64,000 bases of DNA from Acidimicrobiia bacterium (GCA_965261135.1 OZ253443.1:2416841-2480840), one strand, 5' to 3'. Positions 26,817 through 37,558 are shown, counted from the stretch's first letter. Notes: generated by a model from the letters alone, not told the origin. Made by a program: numbers and translations.

Positions 26817-27802
26817 GTCGAGGATCCATCGGAATCAGTGGGCTTCATCCTCCCTCCCAGCCGGAAAAAGGGCGCCACCGCCTCGTCGCGCTCTCTGAGG
26901 GCCCGGGCCAGGCCCTTGTCCCTTCGTTCCCGGAGGAAATTGAACTCTCCCTCCTCCAGCACCAGATTGGTGGCCCAGCCGTGGCCCACCCATCCGGTCA
27001 TCTCACCCACTCCCTTGCCGCGAGCCTCCATCACCATCTGCATCATGGCCTTGCCCATCATGATTCCATCCAGAGGCATCATGGTGATGGCGGTGGCGTA
27101 GTCATCCACCCAGCGATCCAACTCTTCGCGTGGGACCACCTTGTTTACGAACCCGATTTGCTCGGCCTCCGACGCCTCCAAGGGCCGCATGGTGAGCATG
27201 ATCTCTTTCATCTTCTTCAGCCCCAGGTTTTCTATCCACGCGTACATGTCCTGGGGAGCGGCGCCCAGGTAGCGAAAGGCGGGATGGGTGAACAGGGCGT
27301 CGGGGGAGGCTATGACCAGATCGGTGGCCAGGGCGATCTGCATGTGCCCCCCGTAGCAGTAGCCGTGCACCTGGGAAATGGTGGCCTTCAGGCAGTTGGT
27401 GATGGGATTGGTGAACGCCCCGAAGATCAGGTTGCGGTCGGGAAGCATTCGTTGGCGCTGGGCGGGGCGTCGCCGGGAGGTCCGGTCCTTTCCCTTTCCG
27501 TAGCCGATGTAATGGCCCAACTCCGAGGCGTCGGCGCCGGTGCCGAAGCAGGGCCCCACGCCCCGGAATACGATCACCTTCACGTCGTCATCCACCTCCG
27601 CCTCCTTCACCAGATCCCCGATTCGTTCCAGGGAGGCAATGGGAAGGGCGTTCAGGCGCTCGGGGACGTTGAAAGTCACATAGGCGATGGGCTTTTCGGG
27701 ATTCTTTTCATAGAGGACGCTTTTTTCCAGGACCGCCGGCTCGATTTCCATCGCCTCGGCGTCCCACTGTTCTCCCAAAAGGTCGTGTTCACTCTTTTTC
27801 AT
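26813..27802 (-). CDS. crotonase-fold enzyme (enoyl-CoA hydratase/isomerase family, long form)
   Basis: YVTFNVPERLNALP... VIVFRGVGPCFGTGAD. ATGA overlaps with both neighbours. Confidence 0.65.
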   Translation of the reverse strand: MKKSEHDLLGEQWDAEAMEIEPAVLEKSVLYEKNPEKPIAYVTFNVPERLNALPIASLERIGDLVKEAEVDDDVKVIVFRGVGPCFGTGADASELGHYIGYGKGKDRTSRRRPAQRQRMLPDRNLIFGAFTNPITNCLKATISQVHGYCYGGHMQIALATDLVIASPDALFTHPAFRYLGAAPQDMYAWIENLGLKKMKEIMLTMRPLEASEAEQIGFVNKVVPREELDRWVDDYATAITMMPLDGIMMGKAMMQMVMEARGKGVGEMTGWVGHGWATNLVLEEGEFNFLRERRDKGLARALRERDEAVAPFFRLGGRMKPTDSDGSST

Positions 27803-29322
27803 TGGGTGGTCCTCTCCAGGTTTGGCTTCTCCAACAGGGCCCGGTTGATCTTGCCGGTTTCGGTGCGGGGCAGGGCGAAGACGAACTCCACCTGTCTGAT
27901 GGCTTTGAAGTGCGCAAGGCGGTCTCTCACGTACTCCATCAACTCGGCGTCCATTCCGTCGGAAACAATATCAGACGCCACCACAAAAGCCTTGGGAATC
28001 TCGCCCATCCGCTGGTCGGGAACCCCGATCACTGCGACATCCGCCACTGCCGGGTGGGAACGCAAGACCTCTTCCAACTCGGCAGGCCACACCTGAAACC
28101 CTCCGGTCTTGATCATGTCCCGCTTTCTCCCCACCAGGAATAACACTCTGTCGTCGTCGACGTAACCAACATCACCAGAGTGAACCCATCCATTTCGGAC
28201 CAGCTTCCCACTGGCCTCCCGGTCGCCCAGATAACCCTTGGCAAGGTCACTTCGCACGCAGATTTCGCCCACTTCTCCCAATCCCAGAGCCTTGCCCTCT
28301 TCGTCGCGGATCTCCAGGTGAACCCCGTCATAGACCCGACCGGCAGACCCTGGTTTCCAGCGGCCCGCGGCTAGGTCTGCCCGAGTCCATCCCGCCACAT
28401 GTCCCGTTTCGGTCGAGCCATAGTTGGTGGCAATGGGGATGCCAAAGCGCTCCTCGAATCGTCGCCGAACTTGGGAGTCGAGTGCCTGTCCGGCCACCAA
28501 TACCGCTCTTACCGAGGCCAGGTCCACCGACTCCTCCAACGCGCACAGGTCATAAAGCATGGTGGGCATCAGGAACAGATTGTCGATCCGGTACTGAGCG
28601 ACCAACTCCGCGACCCGCCGGGCGTCGAAGCGCTTCATCAACAACAACGGTCTACCCACATAGAAAGCGAAAAGCAGGGTCTGCTGACCTCCGCTGTGAA
28701 AGAGCGGCAGCGCCAGCAGGTTGGGAGGGACAGCAGGATGGGCCAGTTGGAAGGGCCCGGGCCTCCCCTTGGAGACTTCGGCCAACTGCCTGACGGCCCC
28801 CAGTGTGCCCCCGTGGGTGGTGACCACCGGCTTGGGAAGGCCGGTGGTTCCTCCGGTGAACAGCACCACCGCCTCGGCGTCTTCCTCCATCTCCACCGGC
28901 GATTCCAGAGCTTCCAGCATATTGAAGGCCCTATCCCAGCTTCCCATACTGGGCCCGGCCACGCAAAGGGTTTCCCACCCATCCAGCGGCGGCGTTTGCA
29001 GGGTGGTCATCACCAGCCGCGGGCGGGTTTGATCCAGCGTCTTGGCCAGTTCATCCCGGTTATAGAGCGAGGAGACGGTCACCGGGACCGCCCCCATTCT
29101 CCACAACGCGAAGAGCAGCGCCACCACCTCCGGGCAGTTGGGAATCACCAAGGCCACTCGATCGCCCTGCCTCACTCCCCGCTCCTTCAGTTCCTGAGCC
29201 GCGGAGGCCGATATTCGGTCCAGCGCTCCCCAACTCCAAGTCTGGCCCTCCTCGAAAACCAAAGCTGTCCGATCCGAAGCCTCCCGGGCTCGATCAGAGA
29301 GCACCGCGGCGATATTCACCAC
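27799..29322 (-). CDS. AMP-dependent acyl-CoA synthetase/ligase
   Basis: FTGGTTGLPKPVVTTHGG motif. 507 aa. Confidence 0.8.
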   Translation of the reverse strand: MVNIAAVLSDRAREASDRTALVFEEGQTWSWGALDRISASAAQELKERGVRQGDRVALVIPNCPEVVALLFALWRMGAVPVTVSSLYNRDELAKTLDQTRPRLVMTTLQTPPLDGWETLCVAGPSMGSWDRAFNMLEALESPVEMEEDAEAVVLFTGGTTGLPKPVVTTHGGTLGAVRQLAEVSKGRPGPFQLAHPAVPPNLLALPLFHSGGQQTLLFAFYVGRPLLLMKRFDARRVAELVAQYRIDNLFLMPTMLYDLCALEESVDLASVRAVLVAGQALDSQVRRRFEERFGIPIATNYGSTETGHVAGWTRADLAAGRWKPGSAGRVYDGVHLEIRDEEGKALGLGEVGEICVRSDLAKGYLGDREASGKLVRNGWVHSGDVGYVDDDRVLFLVGRKRDMIKTGGFQVWPAELEEVLRSHPAVADVAVIGVPDQRMGEIPKAFVVASDIVSDGMDAELMEYVRDRLAHFKAIRQVEFVFALPRTETGKINRALLEKPNLERTTQ

Positions 29323-29325
29323 CTG

Positions 29326-30315
29326 TTACCCACCGCCGGAATGAAGCGGCGCCCCCTCGGGCTGAATGCAACGAGACCCGTGGTCGTGATGGGTCTGTGT
29401 CCAATCCACATCGACATCCGAGCAGGCTTGCACAGCGTGGGCGCATCGGGAAGCGAACCGACATCCCACGAACCCGGGCGTCACCCGCGGTGGGGTCCCG
29501 TCGATTCCCACCAGCGGCGCCTTCTTAGCCCACACCGGTACCGACCTCAAAAGACCCAGCGTGTAGGGGTGCTGGGGTGAGTTGACGACTACCGAAGTCG
29601 GGCCCAACTCGACGATCTCTCCTCCGTACATCACCGCCATCCGGGTGCACACTTCGGCGGCCAAGAGCAGGTCGTGGGTGACATAGATCAAAGAATGCCC
29701 CATATCGGTGGCCAATTCCCTCACCAATTCCATCACCTCGGCCTGGGTGGTGACATCCAAAGCCGACGTGGATTCATCGGCGATGACGATCTCGGGCTCG
29801 GAAACGATGGCAATGGCGATGGCAGCCCGCTGTCGCATTCCTCCCGACAGTTGGTGGGGATAGGACCTCAATACTCGCTTGGGATCGTGGAACCCCATCC
29901 GGGAGATAACTTCCTCAATTCTCTTCGCCCGGCCGGCGGCGCTCTGACCGGAGCGGTTGGCCTTGAGCACCTGTCTCATCTGGGTATTGATCCTCAACAG
30001 GGGGTTGAGCGAACTGGAAGCGTTCTGGAAAACCATTCCCACATGACGTCCGCGGAGGCGGCCCAGATGATTCTTGCCGTCTCCCAGCACCTGTTGTCCA
30101 TGGAAAAAGACCGAACCCCGGGTGATGCGGACGTTTCGCTCGGTGAGGCCCAGAATGCTTCTGACCGCGGTGGTCTTTCCGCTGCCCGACTCTCCGATCA
30201 GCCCGATCACGTCCCCCGGGTAAACATCCAGATCGAACTTGTCCACAGCCACGATCGTCCCCACCGAACTGGTGGCCTCCACCCGCAAAGACCGAATGCT
30301 GAGTAGGGGATCCAT
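29326..30315 (-). CDS. oligopeptide/dipeptide ABC transporter ATP-binding protein (DppD/OppD-like)
   Basis: Walker A GESGSGKTT, signature LSGGMRQR, C-terminal oligopeptide-ABC extension. Start trimmed to the ATG at 30313-30315. The track ORF over-extends into the permease frame. Confidence 0.75.
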   Translation of the reverse strand: MDPLLSIRSLRVEATSSVGTIVAVDKFDLDVYPGDVIGLIGESGSGKTTAVRSILGLTERNVRITRGSVFFHGQQVLGDGKNHLGRLRGRHVGMVFQNASSSLNPLLRINTQMRQVLKANRSGQSAAGRAKRIEEVISRMGFHDPKRVLRSYPHQLSGGMRQRAAIAIAIVSEPEIVIADESTSALDVTTQAEVMELVRELATDMGHSLIYVTHDLLLAAEVCTRMAVMYGGEIVELGPTSVVVNSPQHPYTLGLLRSVPVWAKKAPLVGIDGTPPRVTPGFVGCRFASRCAHAVQACSDVDVDWTQTHHDHGSRCIQPEGAPLHSGGG

Positions 30316-30317
30316 GA

Positions 30318-31208
30318 CTACAGGTAGGTCCGCTTGCGGGGGTCGTATCGAGCGCGGAGGGCGTCGCCCAACAGGTTGATAGAGAGCACCACGAAGGTGA
30401 TAGCGATTCCGGGAAAGGCCACCACCCACCAGGCGTCCTGGATGAACTCCCGGCCGCCGGCCAACATCCCGCCCCAGCTGATATCGGGGGAGACCACCCC
30501 CAGTCCCAGGAAGCTGAGAGCGCTCTCGGCAAGAATCATGGTCCCCACCTCCAAGGTGGCCAGCACCAACACCGTGCCCCCCACATTGGGAAGGACGTGA
30601 CGGAGGATGATGCGGGTGGGCGAGGCGCCCGCAGCCCGCAACCCAAGAATGAAAGGCCTCTCTCGAAGGGAGAGCGCTTCGGCCCGAATCACCCGGGCGT
30701 ACTGAGCCCAACTGATGATCGCCAACACCGCCACCAGCACTACCAAGGATCGGCCCCGGCTGACGATGATGGCAATGGCCAGCAGAATGAAAGGCAGCGC
30801 CAGTTGGGCGTCCACCACCCGGGCGATGATGGTGTCGACCCAGCCTCGGCGATAACCGGCGATCATTCCCAGCAAAGTCCCGAAGACCGAGCCCACCAGC
30901 ACCGCCGCTATGGCGATCACAAAGGTCAACCGGCCGCCGTAGATGATGCGGGCCAAAAGATCCCGGCCCAACTGGTCGGTGCCGAGCGGCTGTGTCCATG
31001 AGCCCCCCTCCAGAAAAATGGGGGGAATAAGCCGGGCTCGCAAATCCTGGATCCCCGGATCGGCCAGCGGGAGAAGCGGCGCCGCCAGCACCACCAAGCC
31101 CAACAGTGCCAACGGCAATCCCATCAGCCATAACGACCGGTTCCGCGTCCAACGGTTCCCTCGGTTTACTTTTTCGGACACCGGGGTGTTCGGTTCTCTT
31201 TCACTCAT
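30318..31208 (-). CDS. ABC transporter permease (DppC/OppC-like)
   Basis: Six-TM BPD-transporter pattern with the EAA-like loop. Confidence 0.7.
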   Translation of the reverse strand: MSEREPNTPVSEKVNRGNRWTRNRSLWLMGLPLALLGLVVLAAPLLPLADPGIQDLRARLIPPIFLEGGSWTQPLGTDQLGRDLLARIIYGGRLTFVIAIAAVLVGSVFGTLLGMIAGYRRGWVDTIIARVVDAQLALPFILLAIAIIVSRGRSLVVLVAVLAIISWAQYARVIRAEALSLRERPFILGLRAAGASPTRIILRHVLPNVGGTVLVLATLEVGTMILAESALSFLGLGVVSPDISWGGMLAGGREFIQDAWWVVAFPGIAITFVVLSINLLGDALRARYDPRKRTYL

Positions 31209-32134
31209 GATCCCTGCTCCCGGATCCGGGGATCGATGATCCCATATAGGACGTCCACCGACAGGTTGATGAGCACGAAGGTGACGGCCCCCACTATGAC
31301 TATCGCCTGGACCAGGGAAAAGTCCCGGAATTGGACGGCCTGGGTGGCCAGGGTGCCCAGCCCCGGCCAGGCGAACACGAACTCAACGGTGACCGCGCCG
31401 GAGAGGAGCGTCCCGGCCTGGAGTCCCATGATGGTCACCACTGGCAGGGCGGCGTTACGAATCGCATGGGTGATGACCACCGTGCGCTCTTTCAACCCTC
31501 TGGCCCGGGCGGAGGTGATATAGGTCTCCTCCAGCACTTCGCTCAGGCTGGAGCGGGCCAAGCGGGCGATGCGGGCCATGGGGAGCACCGACAGAGTAAC
31601 CGCCGGCAGCACCAGATGCTGCCAAGTCCCCGACTGCCCGGCTGGGAGCCACCCCCAAGCCACCGCGAATAAGAGGATGAACATCAGACCCAGCCAGAAA
31701 AGGGGAATGGACTGGCCGAGCAGAGCAACAAATACCGAGATACGATCCCAGATTCTCCCTTCCTTGAGCGCCGCCACCACCCCCAGAGGGAGCCCGATCA
31801 GGGTGGCGATCAGCATCGCCGCCACTGTCAGTTGGATCGAAGCGGGAAAGCGGCCCAGGATCAACTCCCAGTTGGGGCGGCTGTAGCGGAGGGATTTGCC
31901 CAGATCGAACGATGCCAACTGGCCGAGATAGTTCACGAACTGAACAGCCAACGGCTTGTCCAATCCCAACTCCACCTGCTTGGCCAGCACCTGCTCCTCG
32001 GTGGCGAACTCCCCGAGGATGTTTCGGGCCGGATCGCCGGCGGTGCGAGCCAGGAAAAAGGCCAGACTGAGCGCGATCAGCAGAGTGACCAGCGCCCCCA
32101 GCAACTTGGGCGCCAAGAACCGGGCGAAGCTCAC
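31205..32134 (-). CDS. ABC transporter permease (DppB/OppB-like)
   Basis: BPD permease. ATGA overlap with the downstream permease gene. Confidence 0.7.
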   Translation of the reverse strand: MSFARFLAPKLLGALVTLLIALSLAFFLARTAGDPARNILGEFATEEQVLAKQVELGLDKPLAVQFVNYLGQLASFDLGKSLRYSRPNWELILGRFPASIQLTVAAMLIATLIGLPLGVVAALKEGRIWDRISVFVALLGQSIPLFWLGLMFILLFAVAWGWLPAGQSGTWQHLVLPAVTLSVLPMARIARLARSSLSEVLEETYITSARARGLKERTVVITHAIRNAALPVVTIMGLQAGTLLSGAVTVEFVFAWPGLGTLATQAVQFRDFSLVQAIVIVGAVTFVLINLSVDVLYGIIDPRIREQGS

Positions 32135-32967
32135 CGGGAGACCTCCCCGATACTCCCGCCGTCTACGTCTCCGAGAGCCGATCGATCCCAGTCCTTGCCG
32201 GGAATGGCTTCTATCAGTTGACGGGTGTAGGGATGGGAGGGCGACTCCAGCAAATCCTCGGTCTCCCCCTCTTCGACCACCACACCGTCCTTCATCACAT
32301 ACACGCGGTCGCAGAGATTGCGAACCACGCTCAGGTCATGGCTGATCAAGAGAACCGAAATTCTCTCCGAGGCACGCAACTGCAGCAAGAGGTTGAGAAT
32401 CTGAGCCTGCACCGAGACATCCAGAGCCGAAGTCGGCTCGTCGGCCACCAGCAGTGAAGGGCGCAGCAGGAGAGCGCGGGCTATCGAGACGCGCTGAGCC
32501 TGGCCCCCGCTCAACTCATGAGGGAGATGGTCCAAGAGGTCTTCGGTCAACCCCACCTTGGCCACCAGTTCGGAGTCGGTGACCCAACCGGTTCGATCGG
32601 GGTGGAGGGACCGAAGTTCGGAAAGTCCCTGGCGTACGGTTTGACGAGGATCGAGCGAACCATGCGGATCTTGGAAGACCACCTGGATTTGGGAACGCAG
32701 CCGCCGCATACCCGAGCGGGAGATGCCGATGATGGAATGCCCCTCGATACGGATTCGGCCCTCGGTGATGCTTCCCAATAGCGCCGTGGCGAGCGCCAGG
32801 GTGGTCTTGCCCGATCCGGACTCGCCCACCAATCCCACTATCTCGCCCTGCTCGACATGAACGGAAACTCCATCAACCGCCACCACGTCGGGTCTCCTCC
32901 CCAAACCCCGTTCAGAGAACACCACCCGGAGATCTTCGATTTCAAGAACCGCTGTGGGTTTGTTCAC
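32131..32967 (-). CDS. ABC transporter ATP-binding protein (DppF/OppF-like)
   Basis: Walker A GESGSGKTT, LSGGQAQR signature, Walker B LLVADEPTSALD. Confidence 0.75.
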   Translation of the reverse strand: MNKPTAVLEIEDLRVVFSERGLGRRPDVVAVDGVSVHVEQGEIVGLVGESGSGKTTLALATALLGSITEGRIRIEGHSIIGISRSGMRRLRSQIQVVFQDPHGSLDPRQTVRQGLSELRSLHPDRTGWVTDSELVAKVGLTEDLLDHLPHELSGGQAQRVSIARALLLRPSLLVADEPTSALDVSVQAQILNLLLQLRASERISVLLISHDLSVVRNLCDRVYVMKDGVVVEEGETEDLLESPSHPYTRQLIEAIPGKDWDRSALGDVDGGSIGEVSR

Positions 32968-33045
32968 GTTCGGTCCCTATGGGCCGGCCGAACGGCGGTC
33001 TCCGGCAGATGCCACGAAAAGTATGCCATTTGCCAGGTCTCTCAT

Positions 33046-34098
33046 TCAGAGACGGGACGGGTCGGCGTATCCCGAAAAGCGGGGAACAATTTCCGTGCCT
33101 ATCCCCTCGATCGTTTCCAGAGTCTCTTCCAGGCCAGGACCTTGAAAATGGCGGAGCCTCAGGATGATCTCTTCGGGTCCAACCAGCTCTATCCACTCCG
33201 GAAGAGTCTCCAGCCAGTGCTCCAGCGATCCGCACAACACCCGATCCGCCAGCACATGTTCCACCGTCAGATCAGCCGGACCGGAGAGGTCGGCGAACCA
33301 CGGCTCGTATTTGGGGTGATAGCTGTTGCCTCTCTCCATGTAGACCCGGTGGTACCCGAGCACGAACTCGCCGTAGGTGTCACGAGCGGCTTGGTCGGTA
33401 TCGCCCAGCCAGGCTTCTCGCAGCATGGCGATTCTCGGCTTCCTTCCCACCTTCTCACATTCCTCCCGATACACCTTGGCAAGGTCGGCCAGCCAGTGGA
33501 TATTACGAATCGGGCCGGTGATCCAACCGTCCGCATAGCGGGCCGCCCTCTTAACTCCACCCGCCGACCAAGCACCGGCGAACACCTCCAACTCCACGTC
33601 GGCCACGGCTTCGTCCCTGACGGGAGTCATGCCGAGATAGGGACCGTCCAGCACGATCTCGCGGTCATTGCGATAGGCGTCGATGGCTTGCAGGCCCTGC
33701 TCCATCCGCGCCGCCCGCTGGCCATGATCCACCCCCAATAGCTGGAAGTCACCTTGCATGTACCCGGCGCCCACGCACAGCCGGAAACGTCCCGGGTGGA
33801 GAGCCGCCAACATGGTGGCGTCCTGGATCACTTCCACCGGGTGGTGAAGAGGCAGCACAATCAGCCCGGCGGAGAACATGATCCTATCCACTGCCCCCAA
33901 GCCATAGGCGGAGAGCAATATCGGGTTGTGCGAATAGGACGTGGCGCCGGAACTGCGCCGCTCCCCGGTGTACACGCAGTGGAACCCTGCCGCCTCCGCC
34001 GCCGCAGACTCCGCCACGAACCCGTTAAGGTCATAACGACGCCGACCATCCTCAATTATCTGGTTGGGGGTTGCGATGCTAAAAAGAATGGTTGGAAC
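33046..34098 (-). CDS. LLM-class oxidoreductase, start codon unresolved
   Basis: C-terminal ~350 aa align with the paralog at 38920-39966. At the homologous N-terminus (…VPTILFSIATPNQ…) the in-frame codons are GTT/ATT/CTT with no ATG/GTG/TTG. The track ORF runs on to 34818 without a stop. Confidence 0.5.
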   Translation of the reverse strand, partial: VPTILFSIATPNQIIEDGRRRYDLNGFVAESAAAEAAGFHCVYTGERRSSGATSYSHNPILLSAYGLGAVDRIMFSAGLIVLPLHHPVEVIQDATMLAALHPGRFRLCVGAGYMQGDFQLLGVDHGQRAARMEQGLQAIDAYRNDREIVLDGPYLGMTPVRDEAVADVELEVFAGAWSAGGVKRAARYADGWITGPIRNIHWLADLAKVYREECEKVGRKPRIAMLREAWLGDTDQAARDTYGEFVLGYHRVYMERGNSYHPKYEPWFADLSGPADLTVEHVLADRVLCGSLEHWLETLPEWIELVGPEEIILRLRHFQGPGLEETLETIEGIGTEIVPRFSGYADPSRL

Positions 34099-34161
34099 CC
34101 GGTGACGACTAGAGACATAGAGTAACCCTTTGGCGGCAAAATCCCGATAGTCCCTCCTATT

Positions 34162-35607
34162 TTGGGACTGACAATCGAAAGGAGCCCGAGGTTGGAGTAC
34201 CAGGATTACGATGCGATAGGACTGGCCGAGTTGGTACAGAGCAAAGAGGCGACTCCCACCGAGTTGCTGGAGACGGCGATCGAGCGGATCGAACAACTGA
34301 ACCCGGTGCTGAACGCGGTTAACCGCAAGATGTACGACAAGGCCCGGGCTTCCATTGAAAGCGGCCTGCCCGATGGTCCCTTCACCGGGGTTCCTTTCCT
34401 GCTCAAGGACCTGCGGGCGGCCTATGCAGGGGTGCCCACCGTGGCCGGCAGTGCCTTCTTCGTGGACAAGGTGGCTCCCCACGACAGCGAACTGGTCCGT
34501 CGCTATCGGGCGGCGGGACTGGTGATTGCCGGTAAGACCAACACTCCCGAATTCGGAGGGGCGCCCACCACCGAGCCTCGCCTGTTTGGTCCCACCCGTA
34601 ACCCCTGGAACATCGATCACAGCAGCGGCGGATCGAGTGGCGGATCGGCGGCGGCGGTAGCCGCAGGGATGGTGCCCGCCGCTCACGGCAGCGACGGAGG
34701 GGGATCTATCAGAATCCCGGCGGGGTGTTGCGGGGTGTTCGGCATCAAACCCACCCGGGGACGCACCCCGGCCGGACCCGACTACGGCGAAGCCTGGAAT
34801 GGGTTGAGCGCCGAGCATGTTCTCAGCCGGACCGTGCGCGACAGCGCGGCTCTGTTGGATGTCACCACCGGTCCGGCGCCGGGCGATCCCTATTCGGTGC
34901 CGCCCGCCAAAGATTCATTCCTGTCGTCTGTGTCACGGCCGACCGGTCGCCTGTCGGTGGCCATGACCACCTCGACCGCGGCGGGCCCGGCGCATCCCGA
35001 TTGTGTGGAGGCGGTGGAGAAGACCGCTGAACTGCTGTCGGAACTGGGCCATCAGGTCTCAGAGGACAGCCCGGAGTGGGACCGCCCGACCGCCGGGGCC
35101 GCCTTCCGACTATTGATTGCGGCCAATGTGCAGGCCTCGCTGGACGAATACGCCGAGCAACTGGGGCGACGCCCCAAAGATGATGAACTGGAGAACGTGA
35201 TCAGTGTGTTGGGCGGGGAAAGCTACGACTTCACCGCCGTGGATCTGGTGAGAGCCACCTGGGCCATGCACCGAGCAGGCCGAGCGGTGGCGCCCTTCTT
35301 TCAAAAATACGATGTATGGCTGACGCCCACCGTCGCCACTCCTCCTCCGCCGCTGGGCTACATCGACATGATGACGGCCGACATCGACACCTATCTGGTC
35401 ACCGTTTTCGGATATATACCATTCACCGCCCTGGCAAACTTCGCCGGTCTCCCGGCTATGTCGGTGCCGCTTCACTGGAACGCCGATGGTCTGCCTATCG
35501 GAGTCCACTTCGTGGCCGGCTACGCCCGCGACGATCTGCTGTTCAGCCTGGCCGGACAACTGGAGCAAGCCCAGCCCTGGGCCAACCGACGACCCCCGGT
35601 CAACTAG
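34162..35607 (+). CDS. amidase-signature (AS) family amidase
   Basis: [32 protein letters not shown] Ser-cisSer-Lys signature block. 481 aa. Confidence 0.8.
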   Translation: MGLTIERSPRLEYQDYDAIGLAELVQSKEATPTELLETAIERIEQLNPVLNAVNRKMYDKARASIESGLPDGPFTGVPFLLKDLRAAYAGVPTVAGSAFFVDKVAPHDSELVRRYRAAGLVIAGKTNTPEFGGAPTTEPRLFGPTRNPWNIDHSSGGSSGGSAAAVAAGMVPAAHGSDGGGSIRIPAGCCGVFGIKPTRGRTPAGPDYGEAWNGLSAEHVLSRTVRDSAALLDVTTGPAPGDPYSVPPAKDSFLSSVSRPTGRLSVAMTTSTAAGPAHPDCVEAVEKTAELLSELGHQVSEDSPEWDRPTAGAAFRLLIAANVQASLDEYAEQLGRRPKDDELENVISVLGGESYDFTAVDLVRATWAMHRAGRAVAPFFQKYDVWLTPTVATPPPPLGYIDMMTADIDTYLVTVFGYIPFTALANFAGLPAMSVPLHWNADGLPIGVHFVAGYARDDLLFSLAGQLEQAQPWANRRPPVN

Positions 35608-35642
35608 GCGCCGAGCTTAAAGAAGAGACGAGCTAAAGAAAA

Positions 35643-35691
35643 CGAGGGGGTCGACTGATGTCGACCCCCTCGTCAGTTGTCTTGTGTTGTT
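35643..35691 (+). terminator. hairpin terminator between convergent amidase and SBP genes
   Basis: cgagggggtcgac-tgat-gtcgaccccctcg (13-bp stem) flanked by an A-tract upstream and a T-rich tract downstream. Confidence 0.55.
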
Positions 35692-35700
35692 AGTTGGCTT

Positions 35701-37446
35701 CTACTCCTGGAAGTAGAGACCTTCGTAGTCAATCTGCAGATCGAGGCGGTGGTTGAAGCCACCCACACCTGTGGTGTAGGCGAAGTTGTCCACTTGGTCG
35801 AACAAGGAAACCCAGCAGACCAAGTCGACCAGCACGATCCTCTCAACCTCGCTGTACGCCGCGTTGCGCTCTTCTGCGGTCTGCGCAGTGGCGCCGATGA
35901 CCGCTAGTTCATCCAAGCGCTCATCGGTGCAGGCCTTCACCAAACCGGCGGAGGTGAAGGTGGTGCGCATGAAGACGTCCTCATGCGGATACCGAACGTC
36001 GAACGGCAACTGGTGGGTACCACCCAACTGGTTGGTGAACAGCGCCACGATGAACTCGCCGGGCTCGAGCCCACGGGCCTCCAGCGGCAGTCCGACCGCC
36101 TGCAGCATTCCGACCACGGCTTCGCCGATGTCCTTGTCGCTGATGTAGCGGCCGATCGTGTAGTTGATCGGGATCGGCGGGATCTCGCCTTCGGCTTGCA
36201 CTTCGGCGATCAATTCCCTGGCCCGGTCCGGGTCGTAGGCGTAGTAATCGTCGACATGCGAGCCGGTGCTGGCAAAGAAATTATGGAAAGCGTTGGCGTT
36301 CTCAATTCCGCCACGGCCCTCCAGGACACCTTGCACCAGACCTTCGCGGTCGATGGCGTGAGCTATCGCCTGGCGGAGACGGATGTCATCCAGGGGAGGA
36401 CTGTTGATGTTCATGCCCATGAAGAACTTGAAACCACCCGGCGCGGCAGAGAGCACCAAATTGCCGTCCGCCTCAACATCGTCGAAGAGCTGTGGCGACA
36501 GGGTGACGATCATATCGGCGTCGCCGGTTTGTAGCAGCGCCAAACGAGTGTTGGCGTCAGCCGCAAATGTCCACTCGACTCCGTCAAGGTTCGGGGCGCC
36601 GTTCCAGTAGTCCTGATTGGCCGAGGCCCGAATCATCTGTCCGGGTACCCATTCTTCGAACACCAACGGACCGGTGCCGACCGGCGCCAGACCGAACTCT
36701 TCGGCGCCCACTTCCGCCAGATAGGCGGGCGGGAACACAAAGGTCTCGGTCAGCAGAGCGGGGATCAAGCCGATTCCCGATGCAGCGGTAGTCGTGATCT
36801 CGAAGGTGGTGTCGTCAATGGCCTGAGCGTCTGCGATCAATGTGAAGTAAACGCGCAAGCCGCCGGTGTCGCGGTTGGCGCGCACCGAGGCCGCCGCCGC
36901 TTCAGCGTTGAAAGGCTCACCGTTGTGGAAAGACACGCCCTCTCGGACCGTAAGACGCCAAGTGAGATCATCCACCTGCTCATAGGCGGTGATCAGGCCA
37001 CTCGGCTCCGGATGATTATCGGCACTCTTCTCCATGAGAACATCGATGATTCCCCGCGAGATGTGCTGGGCAAACCTGGAAGTGGCTATGGAGGGATTCA
37101 GAGAACGAGGCTCGGTTCCGATCACCATCCGCAGAGTGCCGCCATCCACCTTGGTGGGTCCGGCCTGGGTGGTCTCGGTCATCTCCTCCTCTTCTTCCAT
37201 CTCCTCCTCTTCCACTTCTTCCATCTCCGCCGCCGTGGTGGTGGTCGTAGCGCGGGTGGTGGCAGTGGTGGTCTCCGGAGTGGGTTCCTCCTCAGCCGCT
37301 GTGGTGGCGGTGGTCGTGTCTGGCTGGGCAGCCGCAGTGGTGGCGGCGGGTTCGTCCTCGTCGCCTCCACACGCAGTTACCAACAAGGCCAGCGTGGCCA
37401 GCACGGCGATCAGCTTCAATCGCGAATAGCGGCGGTTTCTTCGCAT
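35701..37446 (-). CDS. ABC transporter substrate-binding lipoprotein, family 5 (paralog of 17648-19345)
   Basis: Lipobox LVTACGG, acidic/Thr-rich linker (EEEEMEEEEEM), SBP_5 body. Start trimmed to the ATG at 37444-37446 with an AAAGGAGAA SD. Confidence 0.7.
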   Translation of the reverse strand: MRRNRRYSRLKLIAVLATLALLVTACGGDEDEPAATTAAAQPDTTTATTAAEEEPTPETTTATTRATTTTTAAEMEEVEEEEMEEEEEMTETTQAGPTKVDGGTLRMVIGTEPRSLNPSIATSRFAQHISRGIIDVLMEKSADNHPEPSGLITAYEQVDDLTWRLTVREGVSFHNGEPFNAEAAAASVRANRDTGGLRVYFTLIADAQAIDDTTFEITTTAASGIGLIPALLTETFVFPPAYLAEVGAEEFGLAPVGTGPLVFEEWVPGQMIRASANQDYWNGAPNLDGVEWTFAADANTRLALLQTGDADMIVTLSPQLFDDVEADGNLVLSAAPGGFKFFMGMNINSPPLDDIRLRQAIAHAIDREGLVQGVLEGRGGIENANAFHNFFASTGSHVDDYYAYDPDRARELIAEVQAEGEIPPIPINYTIGRYISDKDIGEAVVGMLQAVGLPLEARGLEPGEFIVALFTNQLGGTHQLPFDVRYPHEDVFMRTTFTSAGLVKACTDERLDELAVIGATAQTAEERNAAYSEVERIVLVDLVCWVSLFDQVDNFAYTTGVGGFNHRLDLQIDYEGLYFQE

Positions 37447-37558
37447 CGTGGTTCTCCTTTTTAGGTTGTTGAGTCGGTATGACAAATTCTTTACATACCA
37501 ATCGGTTTGATTCACTATCTAGCTTATATACACCATTTCGGCATTGAGGCGGGAAAGG

